Translations under genes and position numbers: made by a program
In this document: piece by piece, positions 33,605 through 43,898 of the stretch
Layout of the letters: each line of letters starts with the position of its first letter
Numbering within the stretch: position 1 is the stretch's first letter
Assembly (NCBI GenBank): GCA_946965045.2
Contig: OX337229.1
Coordinates: 5,766,001 to 5,830,000 of the forward strand
DNA length: 64,000 bases
DNA from: Epithemia pelagica
Taxonomy: Eukaryota > Protista > Bacillariophyta
Reading direction: 5' to 3'
Notes under the pieces: model-generated
Told to the model about the DNA's origin: nothing
Databases searched by the model: none
Seen by the model: only the letters and a program-made list of their open reading frames with translations

Positions 33605-35284
33605 ATGAGTCTTCATGGAAAGTCCTCCCATGAAGACAATGTGATTGCTGAAGAAATAGATGGAGAGGAGAACCCAGCAACCACAAAATTTGTCTCGACA
33701 GAGTCGGAGCACCAATTTTACAAGGAGAAAGTCAACCTTCTCCAGGACAAGAGGCGTCTCCAACAGCATACGAATCCCTTTGCCACACCAATTTCTGTTG
33801 CTCCTCAAACCCGAAGAAATGTTGATTCATCCCATTCAAGCAGTAGTTCCACCACCATCCAGGCATCGTCACAAGATCATCTTTCACCGGATTTAGCCAA
33901 AAATGAGACTTCTCCTTCCGAACAACATTTCCTATCCACTGGTGGAAATTGCAAAGCCCTCCTTGCAATGTGCATTGGATTACATGGGAAAGAAGATAGC
34001 TCATTCTGTGACCCGAAAGAAGACAAGGACTACAAGAGAGCTAAAGATCGTCTTATAAGGTTGCCAAATGCCGAAGACTTTAAAAAAGAGGTAATCCGCC
34101 GTCATGCTCTTGAAAATCCTGCCAAAAAAGAAAAAGGCTGTCGATCATGGACAATTGGCAAATGTAAAGAATGGCTTCTTGACCATCCCATAGTGAATAA
34201 AGCTTGTCGACAATTCTTGGAAAAAGAAGAACAGCACGTACGGTCCATTGTTGTAAAATCAATTGAGGAGTCAGCTTCATCTGCTGTGCTTGCTCCTACG
34301 GCAGATTCATGGGTAGGTATGGAGCCATACTTGCGACTTTTTCATGCAATGGTCGAAAATGAGGTTTACGCTTCCTACATGAAGATTCATGAATGGCAGG
34401 ACCGTGCCTCAACAGATGCACGTAGCTCCGACATTCGCCCGAAGACGTTCTACGAACTTTGCGCGGAGAAGTTTAACGATGAAGAGTTCTGGCCAATAAC
34501 GAAGGCATATCCAAGCCTTCATGACGACTTTCAGGTACGCCACGTGCTGAAACCTTACAACATGCCTGTTGTGACGGGAGACAAAATAAAAGAGAAATTA
34601 GGAACACTCCGTTGCAATCTCATGCGGATTGTTATGAATTGGGACAAGAGTGGAAATGGCAGCGGTCAACGTGCAGAGACTGACGAGGCATTTGGCCATA
34701 TTGATCCAAAGTCTCAAAAGTGGTTGAATGTGACTGGTGATGGAGAAGAAGAGTATGTCGATGGAGATAACAGAAAGTCATTTTTGGGAAACCATAAATC
34801 ATATTATCTGTACATGTGGGCATTTTTTGACGAGCATGACATGCTCCATCAAACTTTTTCTAAGTTATCATCAGAAGTCAGTGTTTCCTCGGACACTGTT
34901 CCCTCATCTTCCTCCGTTCCACTCTCGGTAACGCAGAAGCTACGTCACAACAAGAACGACAAGACAGAGAGACAGAGGGTAAAACAAGAGAGAGAAGAGA
35001 AAGAGGACCGTCGGGTTCGCAAGAAAATATCAAGATCGTTCGAGAAACTTGCATACTCTGACCTCAACCGTAATATCAAAGATCTACTCAAGGACCAGTT
35101 TGATTTGAAATTGCGCATGCTTCGTTCGAATGACTCTGAAGAACAAAAACTGATTGAAGATCACATGGCAGCCAATGAAGATCTCATTGGCCAACTGCGA
35201 ACGAGACTGCAGGGAGAGGAAGGCATGGAAGCAGAGACCACCAGCAATGAAGAAAATGAAGAAGAGTCTGCTGATGAACACTAG
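33605..35284 (+). CDS. Harbinger accessory ORF (putative DNA-binding partner)
   Basis: 559-aa intact ORF inside the TIRs. Harbinger elements typically carry a second, Myb/SANT-like gene, but that domain is not clearly recognisable here. Confidence 0.7.
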   Translation: MSLHGKSSHEDNVIAEEIDGEENPATTKFVSTESEHQFYKEKVNLLQDKRRLQQHTNPFATPISVAPQTRRNVDSSHSSSSSTTIQASSQDHLSPDLAKNETSPSEQHFLSTGGNCKALLAMCIGLHGKEDSSFCDPKEDKDYKRAKDRLIRLPNAEDFKKEVIRRHALENPAKKEKGCRSWTIGKCKEWLLDHPIVNKACRQFLEKEEQHVRSIVVKSIEESASSAVLAPTADSWVGMEPYLRLFHAMVENEVYASYMKIHEWQDRASTDARSSDIRPKTFYELCAEKFNDEEFWPITKAYPSLHDDFQVRHVLKPYNMPVVTGDKIKEKLGTLRCNLMRIVMNWDKSGNGSGQRAETDEAFGHIDPKSQKWLNVTGDGEEEYVDGDNRKSFLGNHKSYYLYMWAFFDEHDMLHQTFSKLSSEVSVSSDTVPSSSSVPLSVTQKLRHNKNDKTERQRVKQEREEKEDRRVRKKISRSFEKLAYSDLNRNIKDLLKDQFDLKLRMLRSNDSEEQKLIEDHMAANEDLIGQLRTRLQGEEGMEAETTSNEENEEESADEH

Positions 35285-35313
35285 ATACTGATTGTGAATA
35301 CATATGACCAAAA

Positions 35314-36684
35314 TTATTTCCACTGAATTGGAATAGGTCTCGTCAAGTCTTGATCTGTTACTGACTGCAACAGTTGTTTCTGGGGAGTATTGTCATTGTC
35401 ATTACGTTGACGAGTCCTCCTATAATGGCGATTCATGTCATCCCCATAATTATCACAGCCATCCAGTAATGCAGATGGTCGTCCGTGCTCTCCTTCCAAT
35501 GCAACACCACCTACTGACATGATAGACAGATTGTCATCCGCTGTAACTTGAGGGACATCACCATCCTTGTTTGCAATGCAGTAATTGTGCAATTTGCACG
35601 TACAAAGGACCAAAGAAGTTACCCGTCTCAGCGGAATGGCTCGGGGAAGGGCTTTGCGAAGAATGCCAAATCTGTGAACCAGCTTTCCAAATGCGCATTC
35701 AATGTTGATGCGCAATTGTGACTGATAGTAGTTGAATGCATCTTTTGCACCACTTGTAACATTTTTGAAAGGGGTGACCATGTACCTATTCGCAACATAC
35801 GCATTATCCCCAAACACCGCCAGACCAGGTGCTAAGAAGGAGTCGTCTTCCAGTTTGAAATATAGTGGACTTGTCACAAATGCAAGATAGTCCGAAGTGG
35901 ACCCAGGATGGGCAATGCATACGTCGAGGAATTTCCCCTCACTGTCGCACATTGCCTGCATGTTAAATCCGAACTTCTTCTTTCTACCACAATAGAATTT
36001 CTTGACTCCCACCCGTGCCGCCATGCTTTCCTTTGGAGAAGGACGTTCGATCCAAATTAGAATGCCGTCAATAGCCCCAACACAACAGTCAAAGCCTGCA
36101 TAACTCTTGTCCCTGAATCTCTTGGCAATCTCAATTTGTTCATGGTGCGATGAAGGAAAGGAGATTTCCAAATCAGGGCACTCATGAATTGCATCAACCA
36201 CAATCCATAGCGAAGTGTAAACCTCGGTTGGGCTGACTCCGTGAACCAATGCTATATCCAATACACTTCCTCCTGCCATGTATCGAAGGGCAATGCTTAA
36301 ACGAGCATCGGTTGCTATTGGCCCATTGTGAACTGGTAGACGGGTTCCACGGTTTTTGAATTTTCTTGTTCTATTCCTCCGTCTTCGTTTATTCGCGTAT
36401 AATGTGCGTAGGGCTGCCATTTTCACTATGAATGGACGCAAAATATCATGGAGGTGCCAGAATGCTGGAACCGGCATCCGATAGTACCGCTTAGCAAGAG
36501 GCCCAAGTTCATAGATAATACTGTGCACACTGCGACGGGTCCTTGGAATGATCGACGACAAGAGGCGTTGGTTTTCAATAATCCTTTGCCTGCGACTTTT
36601 GAACAAGAGACCCGAAGCCATTAGAGCTGCGGATAGTACAATACTCTTTTCATGTGATGTTCGAGAGTGCATTGTTCTTGTCAA
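35314..36684 (-). CDS. Harbinger DDE transposase (DDE_Tnp_4 / HARBI1-like)
   Basis: GAIDG...FYCGRKKKFGFNMQAMCD...PGSTSD...FGDNAY...FNYYQSQLRINIECAFGKLVHRFGIL. Confidence 0.93.
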   Translation of the reverse strand: MTRTMHSRTSHEKSIVLSAALMASGLLFKSRRQRIIENQRLLSSIIPRTRRSVHSIIYELGPLAKRYYRMPVPAFWHLHDILRPFIVKMAALRTLYANKRRRRNRTRKFKNRGTRLPVHNGPIATDARLSIALRYMAGGSVLDIALVHGVSPTEVYTSLWIVVDAIHECPDLEISFPSSHHEQIEIAKRFRDKSYAGFDCCVGAIDGILIWIERPSPKESMAARVGVKKFYCGRKKKFGFNMQAMCDSEGKFLDVCIAHPGSTSDYLAFVTSPLYFKLEDDSFLAPGLAVFGDNAYVANRYMVTPFKNVTSGAKDAFNYYQSQLRINIECAFGKLVHRFGILRKALPRAIPLRRVTSLVLCTCKLHNYCIANKDGDVPQVTADDNLSIMSVGGVALEGEHGRPSALLDGCDNYGDDMNRHYRRTRQRNDNDNTPQKQLLQSVTDQDLTRPIPIQWK

Positions 36685-36743
36685 ATTCGTTTGGTTATTG
36701 GTGATGTTGGAGGCAGTTGTATGAGATGAGGAAAGGGGAAAGT

Positions 36744-36911
36744 AGGTGTAATTGGAAAGGGCGGTAAAGATCTAGGTGACAAAGGAGGAGTAATTGGAAA
36801 GGGTGGTAAAGATCTAGGTGACAAAGCAGGTGTAATTGGAAAGGGCGGTAAAGATCTAGGTGACAAAGGAGGAGTAATTGGAAAGGGTGGTAAAGATCTA
36901 GGTGACAAAGT
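36744..36911. repeat. 4 x 42-bp tandem repeat, alternating A/B variants (84-bp higher-order unit)
   Basis: Units at 36744, 36786, 36828 and 36870: aggtgtaattggaaagggcggtaaagatctaggtgacaaag alternates with aggagtaattggaaagggtgg... Confidence 0.92.
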
Positions 36912-37352
36912 AGGTACGTGAAACCTAGTGGAAACTCGAAACTCGAAACTAATCTTTTACCACCGTGAGACATCCTAGGTTAAGAATTCGAGGCCCGTAG
37001 AAGACCCCACCTCGAAACTCGAATCTTGATTTTTGCCTCGAATTTTTTTTACGACCCCGATGCGCCTGAAGATTGAAGGAGAGAGCGAGAATGTGTCACG
37101 AAAAAAACCGTGACGAGTCCCGTCAAAACATGAATGAAATGACTGTTGCTACCTGTCCTTCATCTCGGCGCCACATAGCAACGGCGGTGGCCTTCTCGCT
37201 AGCTACTCCTAACGTGCGCTCCGTCGGCGCACGCTCGTCGCATCAGTCGTGCGAAATTCGCATACCTGCTTCCGAGTGTGGGAACGGCTACGTGTACACA
37301 AAAGTCAAAGGGTATCGGTAGTGAGGACTTCTCTATCAGTTGTTCGACCATC

Positions 37353-38060
37353 ATGGTCTCTCCGACCAACGACACGGCCTATGTCGTCATGGCTTCCCAC
37401 AACAACATTCCAGACCATGAAAGACGAGGAGAGCAAGGAGGAGAACGTATTGGGGACGGCGTGCCCGGCGACGAGCCTCCCACCACCATCCCCAAACCAC
37501 CCGGACAATACCAACACCAACAACACCACGGATCCACATCACCCACAACCACCACCATGGCAGCGGGTAGTAGAGAGCCACTACAGTGTTGTGACTTGCG
37601 TCGGTTGCTCCTTGTGCTCAACAGTTTGATGATTGTCCTGGTCCTCTTGGCTGTGGTTTGTTTGTTGTTGGACAAGGACCAAGACTTTTTGGAATTCCAG
37701 AATCGCATCGTTTCTTCGTCTTTTACGATGGTATTAGTCATTTGTAGCATGGCCGTACGTTCCAAAAAAAAATCTCACACAAACAAGACGGACCGTGTGC
37801 GAGACTCACACACGTGTTCTCTTGTTATTTTTGTTTTTTTTTCTCAGGTACTCGTGGCCCTGTCGGGTATTTACAGTGCACTCCAAGTTGACCCAACGAC
37901 CAGCACCCTGTGTACCGGTAGTGGCTACCTGGTCTTGGCCGTCTTGTCCCGCACGGATCTGTTTCTGTTGTTGGCCATTGTGCATGGTTGGTTTTGGTGG
38001 AAGCACAGTGACTCCGAGGAAGCGAGAGAGAACCCTACCCCTATGAATCTGTCTATCTAG
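37353..38060 (+). CDS. Small multi-pass membrane protein, copy 2 (probably the complete version, one intron)
   Basis: Several hydrophobic helices. Likely 93-bp intron GTACGT...TTCTCAG at 37755-37847. Confidence 0.55.
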   Translation: MVSPTNDTAYVVMASHNNIPDHERRGEQGGERIGDGVPGDEPPTTIPKPPGQYQHQQHHGSTSPTTTTMAAGSREPLQCCDLRRLLLVLNSLMIVLVLLAVVCLLLDKDQDFLEFQNRIVSSSFTMVLVICSMAVRSKKKSHTNKTDRVRDSHTCSLVIFVFFSQVLVALSGIYSALQVDPTTSTLCTGSGYLVLAVLSRTDLFLLLAIVHGWFWWKHSDSEEARENPTPMNLSI

Positions 38061-38346
38061 TGCTGCTGTGTCAGTGTCAAATCCTGTACTGTCGCTTGGA
38101 AGTATACTACAAACAATGTATCTTTACCATCATGGAAGCACAGACGGAGCCTTGAGGTGACCAGTCCTGGTCTCTTTCTTGTTCTCTCAACGAAGCAAAA
38201 AAATTCGGGGTAAAGCATTGTTTCGACTAGATATCCAAGGTTGTGCTTCCTATCGACTTGTGTGTGTGCGTGTGTGTTGTATAGTATGGGACAAGAAGGA
38301 TCATTCCTCTATTGGTGCTTTACAAACCAATGACAGTCCACTGTCA

Positions 38347-38943
38347 TTACTCGTCTTCCTTCTTGTCTTCTCGGTCCTCTTCTTGTTTGTAACCGTCGGC
38401 TTGTGGAGGTTGCGGCGGTGTAGTAGCACTGCCACGAAACAATTGGACCATGTACAGTTTGCCATCGCTGCCCTTGGCCGTCCCAATGCCAAATTCGGTA
38501 AATTGCTTGCCCAAAATATTTTGTTTGCTGGCACAGTCTCGTCGTCGTCTTTGCTGTGCTGTTTCATTGTTCATGAATTCATCATGCATTTCTTGGACAC
38601 TAGCTCCTCATTGAATGTTTTCTCCGACAATGGGAGACTGCACCACGTCTTGCAAGGCCTCGAGAGACGAGGCCGAATGCATGAGGGATAATTGTTCCGC
38701 CATGGTTTGGGCATGATCGAGACAAATTTCATCCAATTCGACACTCCGTTTCAAACTGGACCGTCCTCGCAAGGCACGCTCCTTGTTGATGAGGGTATGA
38801 GCACTGCAAAAGCCCAAACTGCCCGGCGTCGATACCAACAATCGTTGTTTGGATTCGGAGGATGACGACGACGACGAATGGTCGTTGTCATTTTCATCGA
38901 CCGACAGTTGAGCACAAGAGAGCGAAGACTTGTCCATTGTCAT
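38347..38943 (-). pseudogene. Duplicate of 6756-7352 with a premature stop
   Basis: CGA (Arg) in copy 1 is TGA at 38608-38610, which splits the ORF. Confidence 0.8.
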
Positions 38944-39025
38944 GGTACTGAATGAATGGCAGAGTAGATTTGTTATGCTTTCTATCGCACCCGAGATAGG
39001 TCTTATTTGTGACGTCGAATGAGTT

Positions 39026-41475
39026 TGTTCGACTGAGTTCAGAATGAACGTGTCGGGTAAGCCGGCAGGCTAAGGGGGTCTGGGGGTGGAAAAACATCAA
39101 AGACTAGATAAAACTTTTTTAGCTCAAGAGTCGAAATTCAGTACTTTACACCAAAACCTTCCCATGTAAGGCAAAAAACGCCGGGCCAACCCCTATTCAA
39201 AACCATTCAGCCCCGAAGAAAAACAATGATCGAAGAACGGTCATCCATTGTTTTATCAATCCATTAAATAAAAACCATTTCACCACGCTGTTCCACGTCA
39301 GAATCACGCCCAACGAACCAACCCACGAAACATCTCCCCACGTCCTCTAGTGAGAGTAGCAACTATGTCACTAACACCTAACCAAACATAGTTGTGCTAT
39401 CTCTCAGTAGCTAGGATTGAGTACAATAGGTCCCACGCATCTATTACTCCTAGGTTCCTACTTGATTGATTGCATCAAGTATAATCCATGTCGACTACAG
39501 TTTGGTTGCCATCATAGCTACCCCTAGTATCTCTGGAGTCCAAGTCGACTCCATTATTGGAATATCCATTATCCATCACAAATTGGATCTGAGTCTTGGC
39601 TTCAGTCATGAATGACATAGTCGTCTGCCCATCATCCGAATCACATCCGGGTGGTTGTATGAGTAGTGAGTAGCTATGCTATCTAGCTAGTAGACCGCTA
39701 GCTACACTCAGAAGAGGTAGGAGCAGATCCGGACCTAGATGCTGGTGATTGTCACCAATTGGTTTTGGTAGGAAAGCAGCAATCTCTTGGTAGCTAGGAT
39801 TGAGTACAATAGGTCCCACGCATCTATTAGGTTCCTACTTGATTGCATCAAGTATAATCCATGTCGACTCCAGTTTGGTTGCCATCATAGCTACCCCTAG
39901 TATCTCTGGAGTCCAAGTCGACTCCATTGGAGTATCCATCGCAAATTGGATCTGAGTCTTAAATTCAGTCATGAATGACATAGTCGTCTGCCCATCATCC
40001 AAAGCAAATGAATCGACTTTGGGGGCCGGCAATTTTCAATCATTAAATTTCATAGTAACGTTCATGTTCAGCATCGGGGGTGTAAAGAAGGGTTGGATGA
40101 ACTAGAATCCAGAAAGGCTATGCTTCGAAGCGCAGCCTTAACCCTAATTACAATACCCATCATGTGGTATCTCTTGTTTCTGCTATTCTTGATTCTCTCC
40201 CGTCTTATGTGAGATGTGAGCCATTGCGATAGAAAGGCTTGAACGTGAGGAGTGAGGAATGTGGGGGTAACCCTATAGTTGGTCAAGAGCCTACAGATAA
40301 AAATTGAGGGAGCGATGTACGCTGAAGTTAAATGGGGGGTCCAGGGCTATGGGGGGTCAGGAATTTGCAAATTACGGGTTGGCAGCCCATAAATGAAGTC
40401 AACTCAGCTTTTAACTTTGAAGTCAGTTCTTGGTTCTGCGGTAAGCAGTAAGCAGTCACGCATCTTCAGCGCTGGAGATCCAGCGCTAGAGAATCCCCAG
40501 CAAAGATTTTCTGTTGCGTGTATACGTTAGTCACCGTACTCTTTTCTCTGCACTGGTCACTTTTATCCTTTCTCATTTGTTTGTTTCATACTGGTCACTC
40601 TGTGTCATTCATTTGCTCCACACAGCCTTCCAAAGTGTCTGATTGCAATAAGAATGATGACTCTTCAACTGTGGAAGAGTGCAATGTGGATAGCAGTCCG
40701 AAGCACACCCCCAAAATGAAGGTTCTGTTAGAGGACACCTATCAGTGTATTCTTGAAAGGAGATAGTATTGACATGGCAACAAAACAAAAAGATTCTGCT
40801 GGATACCAAGCAACTATTCCACCACTGGAAAGGAAAGCTCTCACCAAGATAAGTGCTCTAGTTACTAGGAGTACTCCCCTAGCTAGGCATTTTTATCATG
40901 GTAGCACAGGTAGTCTTATCTCCAGCGGATGCGCATACCTAGATCCAGCAGAGACCTCTCCGGCGCACTCTAGCAGAGATGAGCTGTTGCGAGACCGACC
41001 TCTACTAGAGATTTTGGAACACACAAACTCAACAAATTCTTGAAAAAGGAACAATGGAGTTCCAATTCAATTGCCACAAAAGTTCTGCAAATTGACTTTT
41101 TACTTTTTCAGAAAGAAAAGTCGACTTAAAGTCAGAAGTCAGAAACTAAGATATTATTGACTTCCACGATTCGAGGTACGAGTAATGGTAGAAGTCGCAG
41201 CTCACGCTGACGTTGGAAGGTCATAGTTCAGAACTTGACTTCATGAAAAACGTTAAGTCAAAGTTGAAAATGTGGTGCTGTCCAACTTGATTTCACTAGG
41301 AAAAGAGAAAAGTCATGGGATCTCGGCTGGAAATTGACTTGACTTTCATGAAAAAAGTTAAAAGTTGTAAATTTTAGCTTAAAAGTGTAAAACAGTCAAG
41401 TAGAACTTCAACACTCAACACTCTGGTTGCGTTTTGCGTGATCACTGAACTCAGCCGTTCCATCCCGAAGGGTAC
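39026..41475. mobile_element. 2.45-kb non-coding insertion, Helitron2/Helentron-like non-autonomous element
   Basis: Absent from the copy-1 empty site gagtt|tgtctc (~7435). Asymmetric inverted repeat ctgagttcag (39033-39042) / ctgaactcag (41445-41454). 5' hairpin gttca-gaa-tgaac and weak 3' hairpin ccc-gaa-ggg. Ends are ambiguous by a tgt microhomology. Confidence 0.6.
39408..40000. repeat. ~220-bp imperfect direct repeat inside the insertion (~39408-39637 and ~39790-40000)
   Basis: Both copies run from gtagctaggattgagtacaataggtcccacgcatc to catagtcgtctgcccatcatcc. Confidence 0.88.
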
Positions 41476-41592
41476 TGTCTCTTTGGTTAGTGTCCACCGT
41501 GTCTTGTTTCTTTTTTGCAAGCTGCAAACGGTTGCGAGTTGCGCCCAAGAACCTCGGGAGAATTCGACGGGGAGCGTGTACGAGTATGAGGT

Positions 41593-42300
41593 TTGTTGCT
41601 TCCCCGTGAACTTACTGTAGACGACGATGCATGCAGCAATCCCGGGTCAAGACCAAAGACAGACGGGCGCGAAATAGTTGTTATGCCCCAAGTACACATT
41701 AACCGAGACTCTTTACTCGGAAGCACAACCAACACCAACCACACGGGCACACGCACAGAAACAGAAGGAGACCGGGAAAACAAAAAAAAAGGAACCACAG
41801 AAGAGACAGAGGATTATAATATTCCATGGCGTCTCCCTTGTTGTCATCCCCTAATGAGACGAACGACAGGAGCCCACACCAACAAACTCAAACAAGATAA
41901 AGAATCGGAAATACACGTCGAGAGTCTCGATCCCACTCTTTCACCCCCCGATCCGTACCAAGACCCCACCAGTGGTTGTGGTGGCAGTATAATCATGTTT
42001 TGTCAATTGGTGCTGCCCTTTTTTTGTGCCTATATCTTTGTGTTGGTGACCACGGGCGTGACTCCCAGTTATTTGGTCGCCATGGCGAGTGCGGATGGAG
42101 AACCCATTTTTCTGCCCATGCTCGTGGCATCCCTGATTGTAATCTTGGGTGTCGGTGTACTGGTGCGTCGTCATGTGGAACAACAGGAACACTTGTTTTG
42201 GAGAACGGTACAAGAACGAAATCAAGCCCTCTTTCATTCTCATTCTTTCATTCCCTGGACAACGAGACAACACATGCTGCCTCTCACCAAGCGTTGGTAG
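41593..42300 (+). CDS. Small membrane protein, intact allele of the gene disrupted at 7972 (start codon uncertain)
   Basis: Two hydrophobic helices (LVLPFFCAYIFVLVTTGV and IFLPMLVASLIVILGVGVLV). Confidence 0.55.
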   Translation: MLLPRELTVDDDACSNPGSRPKTDGREIVVMPQVHINRDSLLGSTTNTNHTGTRTETEGDRENKKKGTTEETEDYNIPWRLPCCHPLMRRTTGAHTNKLKQDKESEIHVESLDPTLSPPDPYQDPTSGCGGSIIMFCQLVLPFFCAYIFVLVTTGVTPSYLVAMASADGEPIFLPMLVASLIVILGVGVLVRRHVEQQEHLFWRTVQERNQALFHSHSFIPWTTRQHMLPLTKRW

Positions 42301-43142
42301 AGGCCTTGGAAGCGCAGCTATGGGTCCTCGACCAAGAACGAGCCCGAAAGCTGCGCCTTCCCCTACAAAAGCATCATTTTTAAACGTCAGTCTTTTTCCA
42401 ATCCACACGAATCTTTTTCGTATAGTGTTACGTTTCGTCCGCCCACGACATGGACACACTCGAACGAAACAAGAAACTCGGGCGAACTCGTCTATAAGAT
42501 TAAGGAAGAACGTGCCATGAGGATGGCCATTTCTCACAAATCATTGCTAGAGAAAAAGTAGACCTTTCATTTCAAATCCAAACAAATCTTTGCTTCTAGG
42601 TAGGCAGTTGTATGTTTCGTCACGTCACGACATGGACACACTCGAGAACCATGACTTCAAGCTATTATGAATTGAGAAAACTCTCAAGAAAGTATTCGCA
42701 TGGCAAAGAACTTGCACACTTTTTCGAGTCTCGTGGCTTTCCACGGTCCGGACACACTCTGCACAGGAAAACGGCACTGCAACAAAAGACCTCGGTAGAA
42801 TTCCCCAACGATGCTCTCCAGTCATTCCTCATGGTTGGATACAGGGAGACGGCCGGGCCCTGCGACTGGTCTGGCTCGTCGTTGAGCGCACACATGATTT
42901 TCCGAGGAGGAGGCCATTTGTTGTTGTTGTTGTTGTTGTTGTTGTGGGCCCTGTGGCACAAGCCTTCTGAACATTGATTCAAACGAATGACGACACGCAC
43001 CAAAATATACCATAGTCTTGGCAAATTGCGCAGAAACACAAAGACACCACTACCAACACACACGTGAACGTGTGCCGGAGCGTAGGTCCTCCTCCTGATC
43101 CACTCCCACAGTCTTCTTGTTGTTTTGTGTATATGTGTATGG

Positions 43143-43898
43143 TTAGCCGGTGGCTTGTTCCACCGCTTGTCGGTACGATTGCACGACCAGATCCACCGTC
43201 GTTCGAAACACGTGTGGATCGCGGCCTCGTGGAGTGGGTTGGAGGGAAATGCCCACAATCAGTGTCATCGAGTGTCGTGTCGTTTGGGTCGCCGCAAGAC
43301 ATTCCGCCACTCGTTGGGCATAGACGGACAGGAGGGCATCGTCGCGTTGAGGGCCCAACAAATGGGACACGTCATAGTGGTACGCCGTGGGTTGAACGGG
43401 ACTGGGTTCCACTTGCACCAAGAGATAATTGCCGATGCGACCCTGCGTTTGCGAAATGCCCACGACCATGGCATCGCCAAAGACTTGGACGAGGAGATCG
43501 AGTGGAATGGGTGGTTCTGGTTGTTGTTCTTGTTGTTGATCTCCTTGTTGTTCCTCACTGCTGTTGCTACTACTACTAGTGCTAGTACTGGAGGGAGGAT
43601 GGATCCGGTAGGATCGAGTCAAGGTAATGGGAATGGAGGAGGACCGTGGAATGACATGCTCTTTCAAGGGTGCTGCCACCAGCAAATTCTCCAGGAGCGG
43701 GTGGGTGGTTTCCAAGGATGGTTCCGGAATGTCCAGTGTCGTGGCTGTGGTTGCCGGCAGGGCATTCGCAGTCGCAGCAGCGGGTGCTGTGGTAGTTGTG
43801 GTTGTGGTCGTAATCACCAAGTCGTCCAAGGTCAGTGGTCGTTGTTGGACCGTAGGAGTAGTATCCGTAGTGGTAGTTTCCTCCTCCTTGTCTGTCAT
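43143..43898 (-). CDS. Proteasome assembly chaperone 3-like protein
   Basis: C-terminal ~115 aa (LLVQVFGDAMVVGISQTQGRIGNYL...SHLLG...LLSVYAQRV...LIVGISL) resembles PAC3/PSMG3. Low-complexity N-terminus. Confidence 0.6.
   Translation of the reverse strand: MTDKEEETTTTDTTPTVQQRPLTLDDLVITTTTTTTTAPAAATANALPATTATTLDIPEPSLETTHPLLENLLVAAPLKEHVIPRSSSIPITLTRSYRIHPPSSTSTSSSSNSSEEQQGDQQQEQQPEPPIPLDLLVQVFGDAMVVGISQTQGRIGNYLLVQVEPSPVQPTAYHYDVSHLLGPQRDDALLSVYAQRVAECLAATQTTRHSMTLIVGISLQPTPRGRDPHVFRTTVDLVVQSYRQAVEQATG

Larger units (their letters stand above)
33316..37066. mobile_element. PIF/Harbinger DNA transposon, apparently intact
   Basis: Perfect 58-bp TIRs (33316-33373 and 37009-37066, starting ggcgcatcggggtcg). 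3-bp TSD tga at 33313-33315 and 37067-37069. Two convergent ORFs. Confidence 0.95.
31716..42012. repeat. Segmental duplication, copy 2 (interrupted by Harbinger 33316-37066 and by the insertion 39026-41475)
   Basis: Colinear with 4035-7972, with SNPs and microsatellite-length indels. Confidence 0.92.

Noticed and set aside
39026-41478. Interpreting the insertion as a canonical Helitron (TC...CTRR, A|T target) or a TIR MITE
   Set aside because: There is no CTRR end or A|T target, and the inverted repeats are not terminal and symmetric.
42380-43140. ORFs 42612-42977 and 42665-43258
   Set aside because: No motifs, non-ATG starts or low complexity; probably intergenic or UTR.
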